DNA from: Massalongia carnosa
Lineage: Eukaryota
Direction: 5' to 3'
NCBI GenBank assembly: GCA_965645245.1
Contig: OZ287075.1
Coordinates: forward strand, 1,302,001 to 1,366,000
Length of the DNA stretch: 64,000 nt
Shown here: one piece after another, positions 49,196 to 62,896 of the stretch
Layout of the letters: every line of letters begins with the position of its first letter
Position numbering within the stretch: the stretch's first letter is position 1
Made by a program: the position numbers and the translations under genes
The notes under the pieces: model-generated
The model's database searches: none
Told to the model about the DNA's origin: nothing
The model's input: the letters and a program-made list of their open reading frames with translations, nothing else

Positions 49196-50086
49196 AGTTA
49201 TCTATTAAATACTATGTTAACAACAGATTGAAACTTCTGAAGATCGGAAAAGTGTGGGATAATCCACGGAAACGGTACTTTCAGCTAACAAAAGCGAGCA
49301 CGCAAGACCCACAATTGCTATAATCAAGAAACGATTCAACGGCAGAGTGAAAGTCAACGGAGTAAAGCTCTACAGAGTCTAGACTGAGGTATTCAAGTCA
49401 ATCTTTTTACTACCCTAAGGCTTCTCAGATAGTTCAAGGGTACTATAGTGGTGACGGGAAAGTGACGGGAAAGTGACGTGATGCAGACTTAGATGTACAG
49501 CTAGGAAGAACAGAATTTTGAGTTTGCTAAACCTTTCGTTGCTTCAACTCGGCAGGCAAGTGACGTGAAAGTGACGTGAAAATAATGTGAGGTAGACCGG
49601 GGTGCATGGCTGAAAAGAACGGAAATTCAAGCGTGCTAGACCTTCCATTGCCTTGTTTCGGCACATGAAAGTGGCGTTGACGAAAGGAGAACTGATATGG
49701 ACGGAATGAAGAACTAGCAAGAAGGGAATCAAACTTGACGTGAAGTGACTGAGCGCACTAGACTTACACTGATGGCAATGTCTCTTGTGAAGCCCTTAAC
49801 TTGTGCAGTAGAAGAGATGATAGGGAAGTGGTAATGGGAGGGTAAGGTGTAGATATTCAAAGACTTATGCCGAGTGGTATGCACTTCGGTACACAGCTGG
49901 GATATTTCTATGTCTTGTTAGATCACACCTAAGATGCTTGATGTAGAATATGTCTAGAGAAGATGTGGTGCTTGAAGATGTAACGAACAGGATGGTCTAG
50001 AAAGAAGAAAGAGCTTGGGGTTGGGAAGGGGTGATTAAATAGCCCCCTCAGCCTCTGAAAATGACGTAGCCGTGTGAATTCGTCAA

Positions 50087-50264
50087 ATCCGTGAAGTAAA
50101 GAAGCGCACCAACGTGACCTTCAAATATGATCCGTGAAGTAAAGGGATGTACCAACGTGACCCCAAAAGAGATCCGTGAAGTAAAGGGGTGTACCAATGT
50201 GACCCCAAAAGAGATCTGTGAAGTAAAGGGATGTACCGACGTGACCCAAAAAGAAATCCGTGAA
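50087..50264. repeat. Minisatellite, about 4.2 x 42 bp
   Basis: Units ATCCGTGAAGTAAAGGG.TGTACCAACGTGACCCCAAAAGAG start at 50087, 50130, 50172, 50214 and (partial) 50256. Confidence 0.92.
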
Positions 50265-52701
50265 TTCGAGGAGTCTTTCAGCGTGAAGGTGAATATTCCC
50301 CGGCCAAAGCCGTAGTGCAAAGGAGTCTCCACAGGTGAAGGTAGAAGTTCCTTGAGCTGAAATCTGTGAAGTGAAAAGGTTGCTAAACCTAAAGGAAGAG
50401 ACTCCTCCAGGAGCAAGAATGAAAGCATGATAGCTCTTTTTAATATCGAACGTTACTTACAGATATTACACCCTTGGTCAGATTGATTGGCTATACGGTT
50501 GACCACAGTGGTCAGAGGAGAAGGATGAAAGATGTGGAGATGTAGGAATATTTAGGAAAGAAGAAGGGAAAAAAGAAAACGTAGAAAATAGATTTTTAAT
50601 TAGAAAGGGCTGGAGGAAATCCTAGAGGCACTGAAACAGACAAGCAAAGCACAGATTCCGGACTAGGAATCGGCGCTACGGCTGCTAAGTAAGCGTTAGG
50701 GTTTCGTTTGGATCGGTTGACCCATTAGCTCAACGGATTTAACTGTCTTCTTTCCGGCTAGAGACCAGATCATCTCACAGAAACTGTCAGCTCGTTCCAG
50801 TCATACTTGAGATGGGTGCTTCCTGCGCTCATGCTGATGAAAATCTGCCAGGGGCCCAAATGCCGAGCCTCCAGCGAGCAAGTTTGACTAGGCTTCCGCA
50901 TTGTTAAGCTGAACTCTGAGCGTATTTCAAGCGGTCGTTGATAGACCATCAAGCTCACTTATCAGACAGGCTCCCGGTTCCATTAGACACCACGCCTTCT
51001 TAGCCTTGGAGGAACCTTAGACGAGCCCTTTGCATCGAAACAGACTAACAGAAAAGCCTAAAAGGCGGAGAAGAATTTCGTTTCTAAACAAGCTTTGCTC
51101 CTTTGGTGTGCCTTCAGTGGAGACAAAACCTCAATTCGACAGGCAGCATTCCAAACAGGCCACGGAGTATCGAATCTAATCTATGCTTGTCCGATCTTTT
51201 AGCACATGGGGTGCAGTGAGATATCCGAGCGGATCTGTGGGAAGCATATATACTCAGAACGGTGTCTAGATCTTCGTCTATTGCTGGGAAATAAGGTTGG
51301 CCTATCCCTGGAAGGAGCAGAACTAACACAATCGTCACCAGACATAATGAAATAGACTATCTGCTATTTTGAAAGAGCCCATGTCGGGGTTGATCAAGGA
51401 TCTTCATGGTGAACCAAATACTCCCATTGAGAAAGCTGGTGTGCCAAATTTTGATCTCTAGGTACCAGTTAGAAACACCTTAGTTTCGGCAATACCTTCA
51501 GAACAGTTCCTTAGCAGAATAAGTTTTTGTAATATATGGCTAGCCGGGCCTGTCATCGGAATTTCCAAAGACCAAAGAAGAATGGAGTCAAGTCGCTAGC
51601 TGATCAAGCACTTACAAGGCGTCCCTCGACATAATGCTTGTAATAAAAACCGCCCGACTATGGGGTTAAAACATGGGTTAGGCTTCCTATATCCGAAGAT
51701 TAATGGTACATTCCGTGGGCTTGCTGCGACTGCGAACGGTCGCCAGGGTTGATTTAGTTTCTGATTTGGAGATCCCCTGCACTGCATTGCAACATGCTCA
51801 TTGTGCAACGGCCGCCGGTACAACGCTTTCATTTCCACCTTCAGTAGTAAATTTTCAGTTAAGGTCGACCTTGAGGTGCCGTCTATGCTAAATGGTTGGG
51901 TGCGGTTCGTCGAAATATTGGCTAGCCTTGACGAGACCTTGCTGCAGGCATATATGTCTAGTGCAGTCCCCGAGTTCGCTGCACCTACAGACGGTGGCCA
52001 GGGCCAATCTGGGTAAAGTCAGATGGCCGAGGGAGTCTGTTTTATTTTGTTGGAATGGAGAGGATTTATATAATATATGAAAACACGTTACAGCAACCTC
52101 TTGGAACGGAGCTAGTGAATCGATGGCAAAAGGTGCTGGACTGATTCCGATGCCAATCGGATCTCTATCGTAGTCTACAAGTGAACGAAATATCCAAGTG
52201 ATTCCAGTTCTCTTTGAGCAGACTCATAAAATGACTAGCCGGCTATGCAAGAGTTCCCAGCGTTGGAGTTGAATTTGCACAAAGATGTGCCTGATACACA
52301 ATATCTTCCAGTTGGAGATGAGATTTTTTTGAGACCAGGCCATCAGTTTAATGTGTTACCTAACTCTTCAAAACCTTCATTACTACTTCGTTGTTGTCAG
52401 TTGGCAAGCGAGTGGCCGGAATACGTATGCTCCGCATCCCGGACGTGCATCGCTCACCCTTCACGTGGCAACCTATGTTATGCATAACGAGGCTGGCGCT
52501 TTCCCTGAGAATTTAAACTGCTAGAGCCATGTTTGTCATCTAGATTTGAGGTCTGCAGAGACCGTTGCCGTTTTATACAATCTGCGCCGCAGCCAGTTCA
52601 CCGAGAAGAAGAGCTCATTGATCACCGCTGAATCTACTTACTGGTGAATATTGCCTGAGATACCCAACTCGCTACTAGACGAGATATTAAGGACAATTAG
52701 G

Positions 52702-53435
52702 ATGGTCTTCACAGCCCCGGCTTGGGTACCTAAGCTTCCACTAGACTCTATACCTATAAGCGATTTCATGCTCAACGAGGATCATAGGCGTTATCCTTTA
52801 AATAAATCAAGGGCGCCCTTCATTTGCGGACTTACCGGCCTTAGGTATTCTGCCTTGGAAGTACGTGATCGAGTCGACAAGCTAGCGAGAGCGCTCGCGA
52901 ATGTTTAGGATGGAGTTTGAAAAAAGGCACGGAGTGGGACAAGGTCGTTTGTCTGTTCAGCGTCAATACGGTGCGTATCGAAAGATTCGTAATTGTCCTC
53001 CAAATAACGACATTTGAGAAGCCTTCTCGACACGAGCAAAAAAACCTGCCTAGCAACCACGACTTCACAAACGTTGTGTTAGGCCTGCTACCGCAGAGCC
53101 ACATCTACCCATTAGTTGCCATATGCCATGCATCAGCGTACAGAGGCGACCAAGTAGTTATTCTACCCAGATTTTAGATTCGTCAGTTCTTGAATGCTAT
53201 CCAAAAACTCAAATTGCTTTGTTATACCTGGTAAGCCGTGCCAACATACGGCTGGTGACATGACAAACCATGCCATTGCTTAAATCTCCAAAAAAAAAAC
53301 TTTTCAAGGCTGCCTACTACAGGTCCCTCCAATTATCATTACTATGATTAAAATCAAGATATTGTGCGATGAATACAACTTGAGTTCAGTCACAACAATC
53401 TACACTGCTGCAGCTCCTCTAGGGGTTGAGACGTC
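52702..53435 (+). pseudogene. 4-coumarate/phenylacetyl-CoA ligase-like adenylate-forming enzyme, deleted and truncated
   Basis: MVFTAPAWVPKLP..SIPISDFMLNE, PFICGLTG, EWDKVVCLFSVNT, LGLLPQSHIYPLVAICHA, VPPIII, IYTAAAPLG; the SSGTTG-type P-loop region is missing; stops and frameshifts. Confidence 0.85.
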
Positions 53436-53459
53436 AATTTGACTACGAAAAACCTTCTA

Positions 53460-53700
53460 CTATTTGGTCCTTTCAACCTCCCATTTTTTACATGCTCGGA
53501 GGAAGATATTGGCCTCACGAAACAGTCCTTTCCAGAGTTTCTTTTCGGCGTTGTCGATGACCTGTTGCTTTTTCAATGCGGCCGCTTTAGCTCGGTCCAA
53601 GACCTTCTGTGCCTTTTCCACCTCATCTTCATGTCGTTTGGTGACTTTAGCACGTACATCTCTGGCACGATTAGATCACAATCTCGCTCTACAGTAGTCT
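53460..53700 (-). mobile_element. Fragment resembling a Fot1/pogo transposase C-terminus
   Basis: Minus frame ARDVRAKVTKRHEDEVEKAQKVLDRAKAAALKKQQ...ERTK*, abutting the truncated ligase pseudogene; family assignment from memory only. Confidence 0.45.
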
Positions 53701-55266
53701 TAACATTATGAGGAGGATATTAAGCTTCCTTCTACAACCCTCACTATCTAAGTCTACTACACGTTCTTCTACCAGCAGTCCGGATGGGGAAAGAGTATCA
53801 AGTGTGACTTTTAAAGAATAAACTGACCTCAGCGAAAAACCTAAAAACCTCGGCTCCTGATCCCTCGGCTCTACATTGCTAAGAATGCAACATCAAGCTC
53901 GCCAGTACCTGTAGGTGCAGAGCTATTTTTATAAAGTATATATACTTGCTGGTTGATAAGGAGATGCTCAATCTGAGGCTATCGCATATACTAGGTTGAA
54001 CTTACAGAAGGACGGAGATATATCCCCACCCTTGCAGCGAATGCCATTGAAGCAGCACTATCAAACGCAGAATAAAATCAACCGAACACTCGCCTAGTAT
54101 GTGGAGACCGCGCCGGCCTTGGTTACTAGCAGAGCAAGCAGAATCGAGAGGGAGGTCTGCTATACTGTATATGGCTCAGAACTGGAAAGTCTTAAAGCGA
54201 ATATATTAGAGCAAGGGGATATTAATGAAATTTAGTAAAGCTATTAACAACAAACATTGAAAACTCATAGGAGACTTACAGTTAATCAGCTAGGTTAGCA
54301 TGAGTGAATAAAGTAGATCATAAAAATAAAAATTCAACATACTTACAACACGTAGAAATATCGCACAGAAGAATGTCATCATACCTCTCGAGTAGAAATC
54401 TTTGCCGACATCCAATGCCTTCGTCCATGACACCACCTTGGCTATGACCAAAAGTGCCTGACCATGAAGTACGAGGTGCCGATTGTAAGCCATTGAAGCC
54501 CGCACCAATCAATCCCCTACCGATCCGGTTAGTTTTGACCACAAATTCCTGACCAGAGGGATACTTGCGAAAGCTTAAATGCTATGCACGTAAGGATGGA
54601 ATCTGCGTGCATCGGTGCTGGATTTATCGGCAGTAGCAACGATATTCTCAACTCCGATGGACTCTCAAGAGGAGTCCCTAACACCTAGCTATTTCCTAAG
54701 GGTCCTTCAAAAGAAGAGTACTCAAACGGTGAAAAGGATTAAATCTCCGAAGTCGCAGCTGCAAAGACAGTTGACCAACGGAGAAAGGGTTTCAGGAGCT
54801 GAGCTTGCTGGCTGAAAATATCTCCACTTGACTCTAATATCGTTGAATTAGGGCCCACTTCACATTCTTGATTCTACTACAAGAGCAAGGAGTTTAAACC
54901 TTGACGGATAAGGTTGCCATTAAATCTTGGTCTGTGGATTTATTCGTATGCTTCTGATAGGGCCAGAGATGTTAGAGAAATGGATCCCTACTGCACTTTG
55001 ACTGCGTGAGCATGGTGAGTCGTATTATATTGACAATATCTTCAACTCCCCAATCACAAACTGGGCCGGTCAAACTATTTCCCCTTAGTACATAACCTCT
55101 TCGAAAGTCGCATCAGAAGCTCTCCTTAGCAAAAAGCTGGCATTCCCACACAAGTGTCAATAAAAGTTAGATCATCTCGAATCGGGAAATATGTTACAAA
55201 TAACCTTCTCTCCAATCCATCATATATTCGAGCTTCCTCTAATTTTCACTGAAATGAGGCAGGAGG

Positions 55267-55293
<27 letters not shown>
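55267..55293. repeat. (AAC)9 microsatellite
   Basis: Counted directly. Confidence 0.95.
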
Positions 55294-55297
<4 letters not shown>

Positions 55298-55787
55298 TGG
55301 TCAAAGCATGCTTAGCACTACTTCGATATAAAGGACTGAACGAGAAAAGAGGATAAGTCCCTCAGCTCGATCGTCAGAGAAAGCAATCCCCACTGACAGG
55401 TGGAAATAGGAAGCCCAAATGGCAACGCTTCTCCTCCCCGTGCCTTGAGACTTTTTACTTCTCGTTTCTAATATTGATATATCTAGGAAATCCACCAACA
55501 TACATAATTCTCAAAATCACACCAAAGAAACATACTCATTAGCAGAGGCGAAAGAGGAAGGAAAATATTTAGATCTTTGGACGAATTTCAAACATGCCCC
55601 AAAAGTAAGGGGGGGAAAGCTAAAGAATCCTTGAAATTAAAGTTTGCCTTCTCAAACTTCATCACTACAGTACTAGGCCCCCCACTGCTTTGAATTATCA
55701 ACCACCAAGTTTTTATTTTGATGCCTTGAAACTTCGTACGATGATAACATACATTCTAGCAAGGAATTTGGGCTGAGAAATATATTT

Positions 55788-56123
55788 TTAATATTTCGTA
55801 TACCATCCTTTCGATTGGATGCAAGCTTCAATCCTCCTTTCCATGCTTTCTATTAAACTTCTCAACATTTCCTCATCTATCAAGGCGGTGGTTCGAGGCA
55901 CATTTAATGTCTTTGCAATTTCGGCCGGTACATGCCCCAACGCCTGGGCTCCAATAATCATACCTCTTTGACATTGATTCAATTAGGTATTACGAGGCTT
56001 ATTACCAGAAATTGAAGCCAACGGAGTGCGTGGCATGGTGAAATGATGAGGTCAAAGTTCATGGGTTGGAGGGGTTGAAACGCGAAATCATGGATAGAGT
56101 CGGAAACTTTTAACACGGGACTG
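55788..56123 (-). mobile_element. Tc1-like internal deletion derivative
   Basis: HTH start (QRGMIIGAQALGHVPAEIAKTLNVPRTT) fused to a Tc1 C-terminus (LIESMERRIEACIQSKGWYTKY*); one Tc1-like end TA-CAGTCCCGTGTTAAAAGTTTCC on the minus strand at 56123; the other TIR was not found. Confidence 0.75.
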
Positions 56124-59100
56124 TACCTCCAAAGTCCCCTTGGAGTAATGGAAAATACCCAGAAAAAAATGTACAAGTGGGAAAGGACCAGAAATGTAAA
56201 GCGAAGAAAAATATTCAATGCAGATTTAGAAACCTGAAGAGTGGGAGGCGAGATAACTGTTCCCCTCTTTCGGTACATTGGTCCTCAGACATATATTCTT
56301 AGCTTTTTCATGCACAGAAAACTTTTGAGCATGACCCTACAGAACCAAACCCTTGAAAGAAAAGCCTCAAAAAAGCAACGGGTTCTTAGATATCCAGGAC
56401 AGTCCAATAGTCATGGAACGAGATTGAAGTAAAAGGATTAATTGAAAGAAAAATCGGCACTCTAATTATCTGAGTCTTTGGGCTTTTGCTTCTCTTTTTC
56501 ATTCTCATCACGACAAGAAGGGTTTCGAGGATGAGGAGTAGGTATTCCAGATAGAAAACAACTCTCGCAGGAAAATGACAGTCAGCTATTTAAAGGGAGC
56601 AAAACATTTGGATTGACTCGATGGGCAACGATCGCAAATCGTGCTTCAAGTGAGTTTCTGGAGCGTGACCTTTTATTTCGGAGACTCGAGATAGTTATGG
56701 GTTATAGGTTTGGGAATATCTTACCGTAGCGGCCATAGGTTATATCCAGCCACATAACTCTACATGGAACGTCAAGGCGAATAAGCAATTTTGCTGATCA
56801 AGTGGAGTTGCAAAGACAAAGCCTGAGAAGGGAATAGTCGTCCAGACTTTCTCTTTAGCCCGTAGGCTTATCTATCCGACGTGCGATACACATCCCGTGC
56901 CTCAAGAGATTGAAGGCTTTAACACTGATAGTTATCATATATAGTTCCTAATACGAGTTCTTTTCCGGCAGTACTACTAATTTTTAGACCTGGCAGTTTG
57001 AAAAATGACGAACAGACAACATCCTGTCTTAAAGTGAAAGATAAGAAGGGAACCTGCAGGAATTGTACCCGGGTTGCAGGTGTCAGTTTTTGGGGAACAG
57101 GGAACAGGAACAACAAGAAATTGGTTGCCATTATCGAAATTTTCTTCGCAAATCTAATCAGCTATAATTCCTATCAAGGGAGCCTTTTACTCGGCTTAAA
57201 GGTTCACATGTTCTGACATCACCAAAGAATATCCGGCCCCCTTTTACCTTGGGATAGGGTTTCAAACCTTCCAGGAATACAGTAACTCACAGCCCAATAA
57301 CGCGTGGTAACATCATATGGACCTTCGAAAGGCGCAACCGTTTTCATGTTTGGTAATTAATTGCGCTATCAATGACTCGAGGATTGGGCTTAATATGATA
57401 TATCCCAATTGGAGGACCACAGATAATATCTTTTACTTTCACTCTCGCAGTTGTCTTCAATCGAAAGCGCCAACCAGTGTCGGAACTGACCCTTCGAGTA
57501 AGAGACCCAATAGCAACTGTTTCTTATTCTCACTGGAGAAATATTTGCTGAGTCCGAAATATCGTTTCGAATTTCTAGAACCCCCTAGCTCGGAGACTTT
57601 GAATGAGTGCTCCATAGATCAATGGAATAAGTGCTGAGGGGTGCTGGGACCTTACAAACGAATCAGTAAAGAGCCAACACTTTGGATAGTAGCAGCACAC
57701 TAGAAAAACATAAACTATACATAAACCTTGCTGGTTCTTGTCGGAGTCCTTTATTTTGGTTGTCAGTGAGGCCGATACGTCCATTAACCTGCCAACTTGT
57801 AGGCCTCCATCCCGCCCCGCGCCAGCTACAGCGTGGTAGTCAACCATTCCCCCTTCTCAGGAGTGGGCTAGCTAAATTGGATAGCCATGAGGTGATATAT
57901 GGGTTTGTAGATATGACTTGGGGTCGAAAAGACCGCGCTGGGTGCCCCTAATGAAAAGCCTTTAGTGCATTGGGGCTGTGGAGAGGGACAGAGCCGCAGA
58001 AGATGAAATTTCTAAGGGGTTAGGTAGAAAGTTTCGAGATACGTTTTGGAAGGCTTATCTAAAAGTCTTCGCTTATGGCCGATAATCAGAATCGGAAATG
58101 TTCTACTCCGCGCATTTCAAAGGTCGGAAGAAGATGGCGAGAATTTCATCAAATTTCTCCACCGATTGCTCAAATAAACATATAAGAATTTGGTCAAGGG
58201 CCGACTAAACCCGTTTCTAGGCCTGCTCTTGGTGAACTTTGTGCTTAAACCCAGCGAAACTGGTACGCAGGAGGTAGCTCATGGAAGAGCTGGAACACAA
58301 AAAATCTACCGTGTGACTCTCGCGAAGTCTTGGCCCTCCCTGATAGTTGGTAATAATAATGCTAAATATGTACGTACAATTACAAATCCGACTTGAGAGA
58401 AGCAGAAGAAAAGCACAGCATTTTCGCGAGTGCATTCCAACACAGAAAACGAGCACTTTGTCGTGGGCGGAAATAAATTCAGAAGCTTTCGAGAGGGGAG
58501 GGAGTAGCCAGGTTGGCAGCTACGTACCTACTCCGATGGTAGATGTCATGAACCCAACTCATGGGAGCGGAAGTTTCTCGGCTGCGATAGTAGGTTTGTA
58601 CAACAAAATCGCTAAGAGCTGTCGATAAAGTCAACGGTTGGACAATTCTACGGCATGGAAAACTCACTGCTTGACTATAAAAGCGCCACAACGACCACAG
58701 CGGCTGAGAGGCGCTCGTTCTAACCATCACCCATGGCCATTCCTACCACCATTTCGCAGGCGATAGTCCAAACTTGCTTCAAAGCAGTATCGCCAAAGTC
58801 ACTTGACCAACGTTGCATAATCCACCAATCAAGGGCGTCCAAATGTTCCTATAAGTCAGGGAGGTGCGGGTTACTTTCAAATTCAGAGTGGCTGCAAAGG
58901 AGACCGTTTTCACCCCGGCACTTGATAGAGTTTGTTATAAAATCGCAGGCAGCTTCAGAGATATTTGCAGCAGGAACAATTTTTAACGGAATGGTCGATA
59001 GTTGAATAAAGGGATAGGTTTCAATCCCGGGTACTAATATCCCCGTGGCTTTACAGTCACTCAGACGAAGGATAGACATCAATTTTCATTAGGTATAAAG

Positions 59101-62100
59101 TTATCCAAACGCTCATAAGCGTCGTGCTGTCGACTCCTCTAGCCCCATCCTTAATATATAAGATCTTCTGGGATAGGAGTTCGGAGAGCTGCAGCAATAA
59201 GAAAGAAGAGCAGCGAAGACTTAGCTTGTAGGGGGGAAATGATTGGGTTTGCGAAAAATCTTTTCCTAGGGGGATTCCGAGATTTTTGATCCCTTGATCC
59301 GAATTGTGATCTTGAGAATGTAAGGTCTTTAAGAAGGTAGATTCTAACCGCCCAAAAGAGAAAACCAGGTGGTGTGAAACCTAGTTCGGGCAGGAACAAG
59401 ACATAAAACTCTAGATTGTGCTGAAGAGGTTGATTCCAAATATTGGAAGGCCGGACCTAGCATCTCAAAGGTTTGTTCTACCCCTGCCATAAGTACAGCA
59501 CAAAAGCAGCAAAAATTTATATTATACCTTCAGGGAGTTAATTTTGACAATCGTCCCTTTGCATCAATCAGTTTAATAAGCGTACTCAACCGATCGGTTT
59601 GGGTGCAACAAAATGCATTGGCATGCAATGTTTAATACATAGTCTATCCAGCAGCGAAAGAGTTTGTCCCGTATGGCGGAAAACTTTAATCTGCGAAAAA
59701 TAAAATAAAGGAGAAGTATGAAAACTGAAAATCAAGATAATCCACCAATTTAGCTGCTAGATTTTTTCCTCATCGCACGTAGCACTTAGGTGATACCTTC
59801 TACTAGTAACGTTTTTTGTTGTTAATACTAAATATATTAGTAGGAGGGTAATAATATCCGAATAGGACACAAACGTCACTACGCCGCAGATGGTGGCATC
59901 GGGAGCTGGGAGTCAATGGGTCGCCTAGTAGATGGCTATCGTTTTACTCAAGTCCCTGGATGATAGATAGCGAGGCTGAACATACCGTTGAGAATGTGTT
60001 GAAAACATCGACAAGTCCACCATTTCGAAAACCGGGGAAAGATGCACCAGAACGGCTTTACAGCCAAGTACAAGTTGCCATAGAGAATGGAATAGATTAT
60101 CACTTAAACCAAGGAACGATGTATTTGAATGCATTATGAGAAAGCCTGGGAGAAGTGTTTACCGAAAGCACTACCAGCACATAAATAGACACTGTCTTAT
60201 TACACCTACTAAAATAACTGCTGTACAGGCTCTGCAGCGCCCTATTTTTCCTTAGACATCGATAAATATAAAATAATTCAACTGATCCAGTGCATTTAAC
60301 AAAGAAACACGAAATATCCGATGATATCATTCTCATTTTTGCAAGGTTTTCTAGTTCTTTTTCATCAATACAACCAGAGACACAATAATGAATGGGGGGA
60401 AACATCGTTTACTCTATCTTGATAAGACTGACGCATTTACCCCTACTTTCAAGGAAAATCTCTTCGGGTCCTAGCAAACATAATCTGGAATAGGAAAATC
60501 TCAATAATTTGTTGAAATGTGTCATACTAGGTACATCTATAGCTGAGAGGCCTATGATTGATGACTTTTAGATTGTATTGAGCTAGATCGTCCCTGACAA
60601 GAATGACCGCATTAGAGTATAGAGGAAGAGGTGTATCCGATCAAGGTGGAGATAACTTCTTTGGTAAGCAAGAGCACTCACGCTAAGGGTTACATGGTTT
60701 CTAGCTACTGCCCTACACATCCATCAATCCCAAACACCTGCCGCCCAGGAAGTAGAAGCCAACTAAGAAGAATGAGCACCTGTGCCATAGGTATTCGTTC
60801 AATGAAATTGTCGGGTTCTGAACATCGGTCGTGCAAACGGCGATCAGACTCTTCAACGCCCAATTTATTGGGGCTAAAATAGGGAGCCAACCAGCATCCG
60901 CGATCCTCTGAAATATCAGTGTTGAACGATCTGCTCTTACTAAGATGATATCAAGATAAGAAGATTTTCCTAAAAGCCCTACGGGGTCAACGGCTAAAAT
61001 ATCAAAACTATAGACATCCTAGCAACGGAAAACCCGGTAGTGAAGTAGACAATGGACATAAGCTTATAGGAAGGGGCATTTGATGCCGAGTTATATTCTC
61101 TTAAAAAAAGCATCGAGACTTTGTGAGACCTGAAGAAAAAAATCTACAAATTCGCTCAAAATATACAGGATCTACGCAAGTTTCATCGCTTATGAACCAG
61201 AATCGTATACTTCCGAGCTATAGGAGATATAGGAAAGACTGGGAGGAAAACACTAGATGTTACGAAACAACGCTGAAGAATAAGATCAAATTAAAACGAT
61301 AGGGAATTTTTAAAAAAAAGCTCACCAACGCCCTAGCGTTCTTTTGCCACAACCGTTAAGTTTGAATTTGCCCTTCATCTCCAATGAGCATCTATAGGCT
61401 TAGCATCATCGTCCGGCAATGCAGCGTGACATAGACTGAAGCCTTTTAAATTGTCAATTGCTATACGTTAGGTACGACTAACCTAGTGCAAATCGGAGGT
61501 CCTTAGGAAATATTGAACACAACTCGAATAAATTATTGCTTTGGAAAACTCTTTTTGGTATAGAGATTAGCACGGATCTCCGAGCTCAATACCAGATTTT
61601 TTAGCCCCCATAGATCGCTGATGACGACATGAACAAGCAGGTTTGAAAATGGCTTGCAAGAAGAGTACCGCAAATGATCAATTGACGTTCAGCACAACAA
61701 AATGGTTCTAAAGCTTCCTCGTTGCCACTACGAGATCGCAGGAAGTCTCCAAACATAACATAACATCTGAAAGGAAAGGATCTTAGGAGATGAGTAGAAA
61801 GTGGTTACTTTCAGATTATCTCTCCAGGAGATATCCGCAGCATATTTCTAGTAGAACTAAAAGACAATATACCGTTTTCAAAAGGGCGTCTATTCCATCA
61901 CTAAATAATGAAATATGGTTCAGTTGGCTAGTTTACTTGCTCCTGAAGATATGCACACATCTTGCGCTCTGATTTTCGTACAAGTACCTTTTCCTCTATA
62001 GATCAATTGATGGCTCCGGTTCTCTTTGCCTTTGCATTGATACCTGAGCAGAGAGACAAGAACTGTTGGTAAGCTTGATGCGCTCCCATGGAAGGAAGAA

Positions 62101-62896
62101 ACGGCTGAAAGTGGGGGAACCGAGGCTCAAAGAACAGGGTGATGGATAGGTGGTATCTGATAGGTTCTGCGTCGCGGCCATGTGGCTGTACCGGCCACTT
62201 GTGGATCTTACTGCAGTATTTCGGTTATGGGGTGGTCTGATGCAATCAAATGTACAGAGTACATACTCGATAGATGAGGATGCATGTTAATCGTCAGACC
62301 TTGCTACAGCGAGGATACAAAAATGGAAAAAAGAGGTGAGAGGATATCGTTGCTGATAAGGGTGTTTCTCATTTCTGGCTGCTTCCTGATATAGTGAGAA
62401 ATAACTGACAAAATAGAGCCTAGGTGAAACTGCAGCCCTGCAAGGCTAAGGCACAGTCACTCATCTCTTAACCCCGTTTGATTGACGTTAATTCCGTCGC
62501 TGCTTTTGCGTCCCGGACCTGTCAACTTCAATGTTCAGAGTACAACAGTACTTTCCTCGCCGCAATGGTAGCCTGATTGGATGTACCTCCCCCCCTTAGT
62601 GCGCATAACCCATTGAATCAGCGACTTGAGATATGGTCAAACCTCCAGCAGAAGGAAGGTCCTCGCCCCAGAAATCCAACAACACCTCAGCCCCATGCGT
62701 ATCAGACCAACCTTTTCCAACCACTTTGCCTGCGGTCATCGCAGACACTCCCTTTCTGCGCTCCATGGAGCGTGATTTTTTTCTGCTTGACTCATCCATG
62801 ATTACCCCGCCCTATTTGGCTATTAGTGCATTTCAGAGAACATTGTGTTAGCACAGAGTATATTGCTGTGAGGTGCTACTGCGAACGGAAGCTACG

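Noticed and set aside
50048..50428. ORFs spanning the 42-bp array
   Set aside because: The open frames are explained by the repeat length being a multiple of three; there is no other coding evidence.
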